Shown here one piece after another: positions 61,904-64,000 of a DNA stretch of 64,000 nt. Made by a program: the position numbers and the translations under genes. The notes under the pieces are model-generated. The model did no database searches. It saw only the letters and a program-made list of their open reading frames with translations, and was not told the origin of the DNA. Source of the stretch: an uncultured Actinomycetes bacterium. Lineage in GTDB: Bacteria; SZUA-79; Acidulodesulfobacterales; Acidulodesulfobacteraceae. The first letter of the stretch is position 1. The number at the start of each line of letters is the position of its first letter. The stretch lies in NCBI GenBank assembly GCA_964631685.1, contig CAZVZU010000004.1:65249-129248 (forward strand). Reading direction: 5' to 3'.

Positions 61904-62890
61904 TCACAAAGAGATATTATAAGGATTAGGAAGCAATTTTACTATTTTATCCGCCATAAAATTTAATCCATTGGCAAAGTATAATGAGCTATCCTTTTTG
62001 AAAAAATCAAAAGACCTTTTAAGGTATATATAATTTTTTGTATTAGCATAAATCCACCAGAAATAAAATGCCTGCGCCAATACACCCGAGGGCGCATCTT
62101 TTGGATTTTTAATATTATAAAATTTATTCATTTTTTTAATTTTTATGCTCCTGACATTTCCCTTCATCGAATACTCCGGAAACGACCCTTTTGATGTTAT
62201 CTTCTTTAATTCTTTTTTGCCGTTTACATTCATAAATGCACGCGGTGACAGATCCGGGCGATCCCTGAGTATATCTAAAATAGAATAATAATATACGGAC
62301 GGTAAAAGTCTTAATATATTCATTGCATCATTAAATAAAAAGTCTTCTTTCAGGCTGAGCGAATAATCATTAAGCATCATCAGGATATAGGCAACATCTT
62401 TTCTTGAATAATACGCAAGTAAGGGCTCAACGACGGAATTAGGCCATAAAGGCGCTACGACCATAACATTTTCCGACTTAGCTTTATCTATTAACGCCTT
62501 CACAACCCCTGCATCAAAAAACGGGGCGTCACACTCCATTACAAAAACAAACTCACCTACCAGGCTATTAATTGAGCTAAAAATACCCCTTATCGGACCC
62601 TTAAGTCCGCAAGCTGCATCATCGGGAATCAGTTTGATATTTAACTCTTTTCTCTTATCTTTTTCATGTATTCTTTTAACTATTTTTTCCACTGCGATGC
62701 CATACTCTACTCTCTGCGCCTCATCTCTGATGGAGATAGCTACATCGTTACTGACATCTAGTGCAACACTAAGCGCTCTTTCTATAAATGTAAAACCCTC
62801 ATAGTCAAATAAAGCCTTGTTTTCCCCAAACCTTTTAGACTCGCCACCGGCAAGGATAAGACAGCTTACGTCTTCATACTTGTTATTCAT
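61904..62890 (-). CDS. mobA: MobA-like molybdenum cofactor guanylyltransferase with C-terminal extension
   Basis: LILAGGESKRFGENKA, GPIRGI, CDAP, EPLLAYY, FMNVN. Confidence 0.82.
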   Translation of the reverse strand: MNNKYEDVSCLILAGGESKRFGENKALFDYEGFTFIERALSVALDVSNDVAISIRDEAQRVEYGIAVEKIVKRIHEKDKRKELNIKLIPDDAACGLKGPIRGIFSSINSLVGEFVFVMECDAPFFDAGVVKALIDKAKSENVMVVAPLWPNSVVEPLLAYYSRKDVAYILMMLNDYSLSLKEDFLFNDAMNILRLLPSVYYYSILDILRDRPDLSPRAFMNVNGKKELKKITSKGSFPEYSMKGNVRSIKIKKMNKFYNIKNPKDAPSGVLAQAFYFWWIYANTKNYIYLKRSFDFFKKDSSLYFANGLNFMADKIVKLLPNPYNISL

Positions 62891-63375
62891 TCTAAATTTA
62901 AACGCACTTTCCCTCGTTGACCGTGACCCTCACTAAGCACAACCTCGACATATTCAAGCGTTTTAAACGATTCATCTTCTTTTAAATCCTTGACAATCTC
63001 TATAGCAAAATAAACAGTTAGGTCTTCGATATTCAATGACGGAATCTCCATCTTAAAAATATCGGTTTTGGGAATAAGGTAAAACTTATTATTTATTTCT
63101 ATCCTATAATGCTGTCCTTCGTCGCCGATGCGCTGTACGGTTTCCGGATAGTCAGCCACCAAAATCTTATCTTCAAATGTAGAGCATATTCTTTTTATTA
63201 TCGCTTTCAGTTTATATAAGTGAACAACCCTTCTCTTATCGTCAAACTCACCGTCAACCAACACGTCTATATAATGGAAATGCGGATGAATCCTGGAACA
63301 ATCCCCTCTACCGGGAACTATATGCATACACTCGAATGTCAAATCCGCTTCCTTCCCGATTAATTCTACTATCAT
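62887..63375 (-). CDS. QueD/PTPS-family (T-fold) protein, divergent
   Basis: FECMH, CSRIHPH (canonical Cx3HGH), NIEDL, LSEGHGQ; ATGA overlap with mobA. Confidence 0.75.
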   Translation of the reverse strand: MIVELIGKEADLTFECMHIVPGRGDCSRIHPHFHYIDVLVDGEFDDKRRVVHLYKLKAIIKRICSTFEDKILVADYPETVQRIGDEGQHYRIEINNKFYLIPKTDIFKMEIPSLNIEDLTVYFAIEIVKDLKEDESFKTLEYVEVVLSEGHGQRGKVRLNLE

Positions 63376-63411
63376 TACTATTATACCTCACTAAATTAAT
63401 TACCAGCCGGT

Positions 63412-64000
63412 TTAGCTATAAGAAAAATCTTTCAGATAACCATTTGGAAGAAGTCTTAGGCCTGAGCATCTTCCATTGGAAGATTCGCTCAAATCTTTCA
63501 CATACCTGCAAAGGGTTATTTTAGCGCCGTTTATTTTAAAAAACTTCCTATCATTGGATTTTTCTGCAGTAAAATCCAAATCAATCCTGTTCAGCACCTT
63601 AATTGGATCGATGTAATATTTCTTATACATATCATCCGTCGTTTTATCCGATAGCTCAATAAACTGCAAGTCAAATTTATTTTTAGCGCAATAATTTATT
63701 ATACTCTTTAAGCTTTTTTTGTCTGTATTCAGACCTTTTAAAAGTAAATTATCTATCTCAACCTTATAGTTATTTTTTTTCAATAGGTCAAGCCCCGCCA
63801 AAACATCTTTCAGTAAATCCTTGCCCGAAATAAATTTATACTTTTCTTCATTCAGTGTATCGAGACTCACTGAAATCTTGTTTATTATATTAGGGCTAAG
63901 ATCTTTTATTCTTTTTTTGATAAGCGTTCCATTAGTCGTAATAAATATGTCTATATCACCAACATGTTTGACGCTATACAAAAGATTTTTCAAATCTTTA
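63412..64000 (-). CDS. MoaA-like radical SAM protein, C-terminal part (5' end beyond window)
   Basis: Frame open to the edge (KDLKNLL...); ITTNG, ISVSLDTL, GLN, FIEL, LRLLPNGYLK. Confidence 0.75.
   Translation of the reverse strand, partial: KDLKNLLYSVKHVGDIDIFITTNGTLIKKRIKDLSPNIINKISVSLDTLNEEKYKFISGKDLLKDVLAGLDLLKKNNYKVEIDNLLLKGLNTDKKSLKSIINYCAKNKFDLQFIELSDKTTDDMYKKYYIDPIKVLNRIDLDFTAEKSNDRKFFKINGAKITLCRYVKDLSESSNGRCSGLRLLPNGYLKDFSYS

Noticed and set aside
63412..64000. Calling the radical SAM protein QueE because it neighbours a QueD-like gene
   Set aside because: Visible motifs (ITTNG, ISVSLDTL, FIEL, LRL-x3-G) are MoaA-like, not QueE-like (ETNG, SPK)
1..64000. CRISPR array, rRNA, prophage or transposase
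   Set aside because: No spaced direct repeats, rRNA-like stretch, or phage/transposase ORFs seen; nearly all sequence is accounted for by assigned genes

Overview
AT-rich, gene-dense bacterial chromosome segment with no CRISPR array, prophage or intact transposase. The gene set (LpxC, TolC, Hdr-Flx, several archaeal-type genes) suggests an anaerobic or facultative diderm sulfur cycler, possibly an acidophilic Acidulodesulfobacterium-like lineage (inference only). Core genes: partial xerC/D, glgP, rfbA, rlmD, rpmB, lpxC, queH, ruvCAB, yebC, four tRNAs, hup, tig-clpP-clpX, thrS, cysE-Rrf2-iscS-mnmA-mtaB-rnc-der, rplM-rpsI-argC, dusB. Energy metabolism: a complete hdrCBA-flxDCBA electron-bifurcation operon and a type E (CCG-anchored) succinate dehydrogenase/fumarate reductase. 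Transport: ClC, P-type ATPase, PstS, TolC-MacAB, OppA, CBS-HPP and an outer-membrane barrel. Most notable: (1) a right-edge operon of three divergent pterin-pathway paralogues (MoaA-like, QueD-like, MobA-like) joined to a ferredoxin/flavoprotein pair; (2) an archaeal-type ThrRS with an apparent Cys-to-Asp zinc-ligand change; (3) clear regulatory sites (sigma-54 promoter at lpxC, four-unit Pho box, FNR box, class II CRP-family site); (4) a perfect 38-bp inverted repeat. All calls come from motif recognition by eye; no database searches were run.
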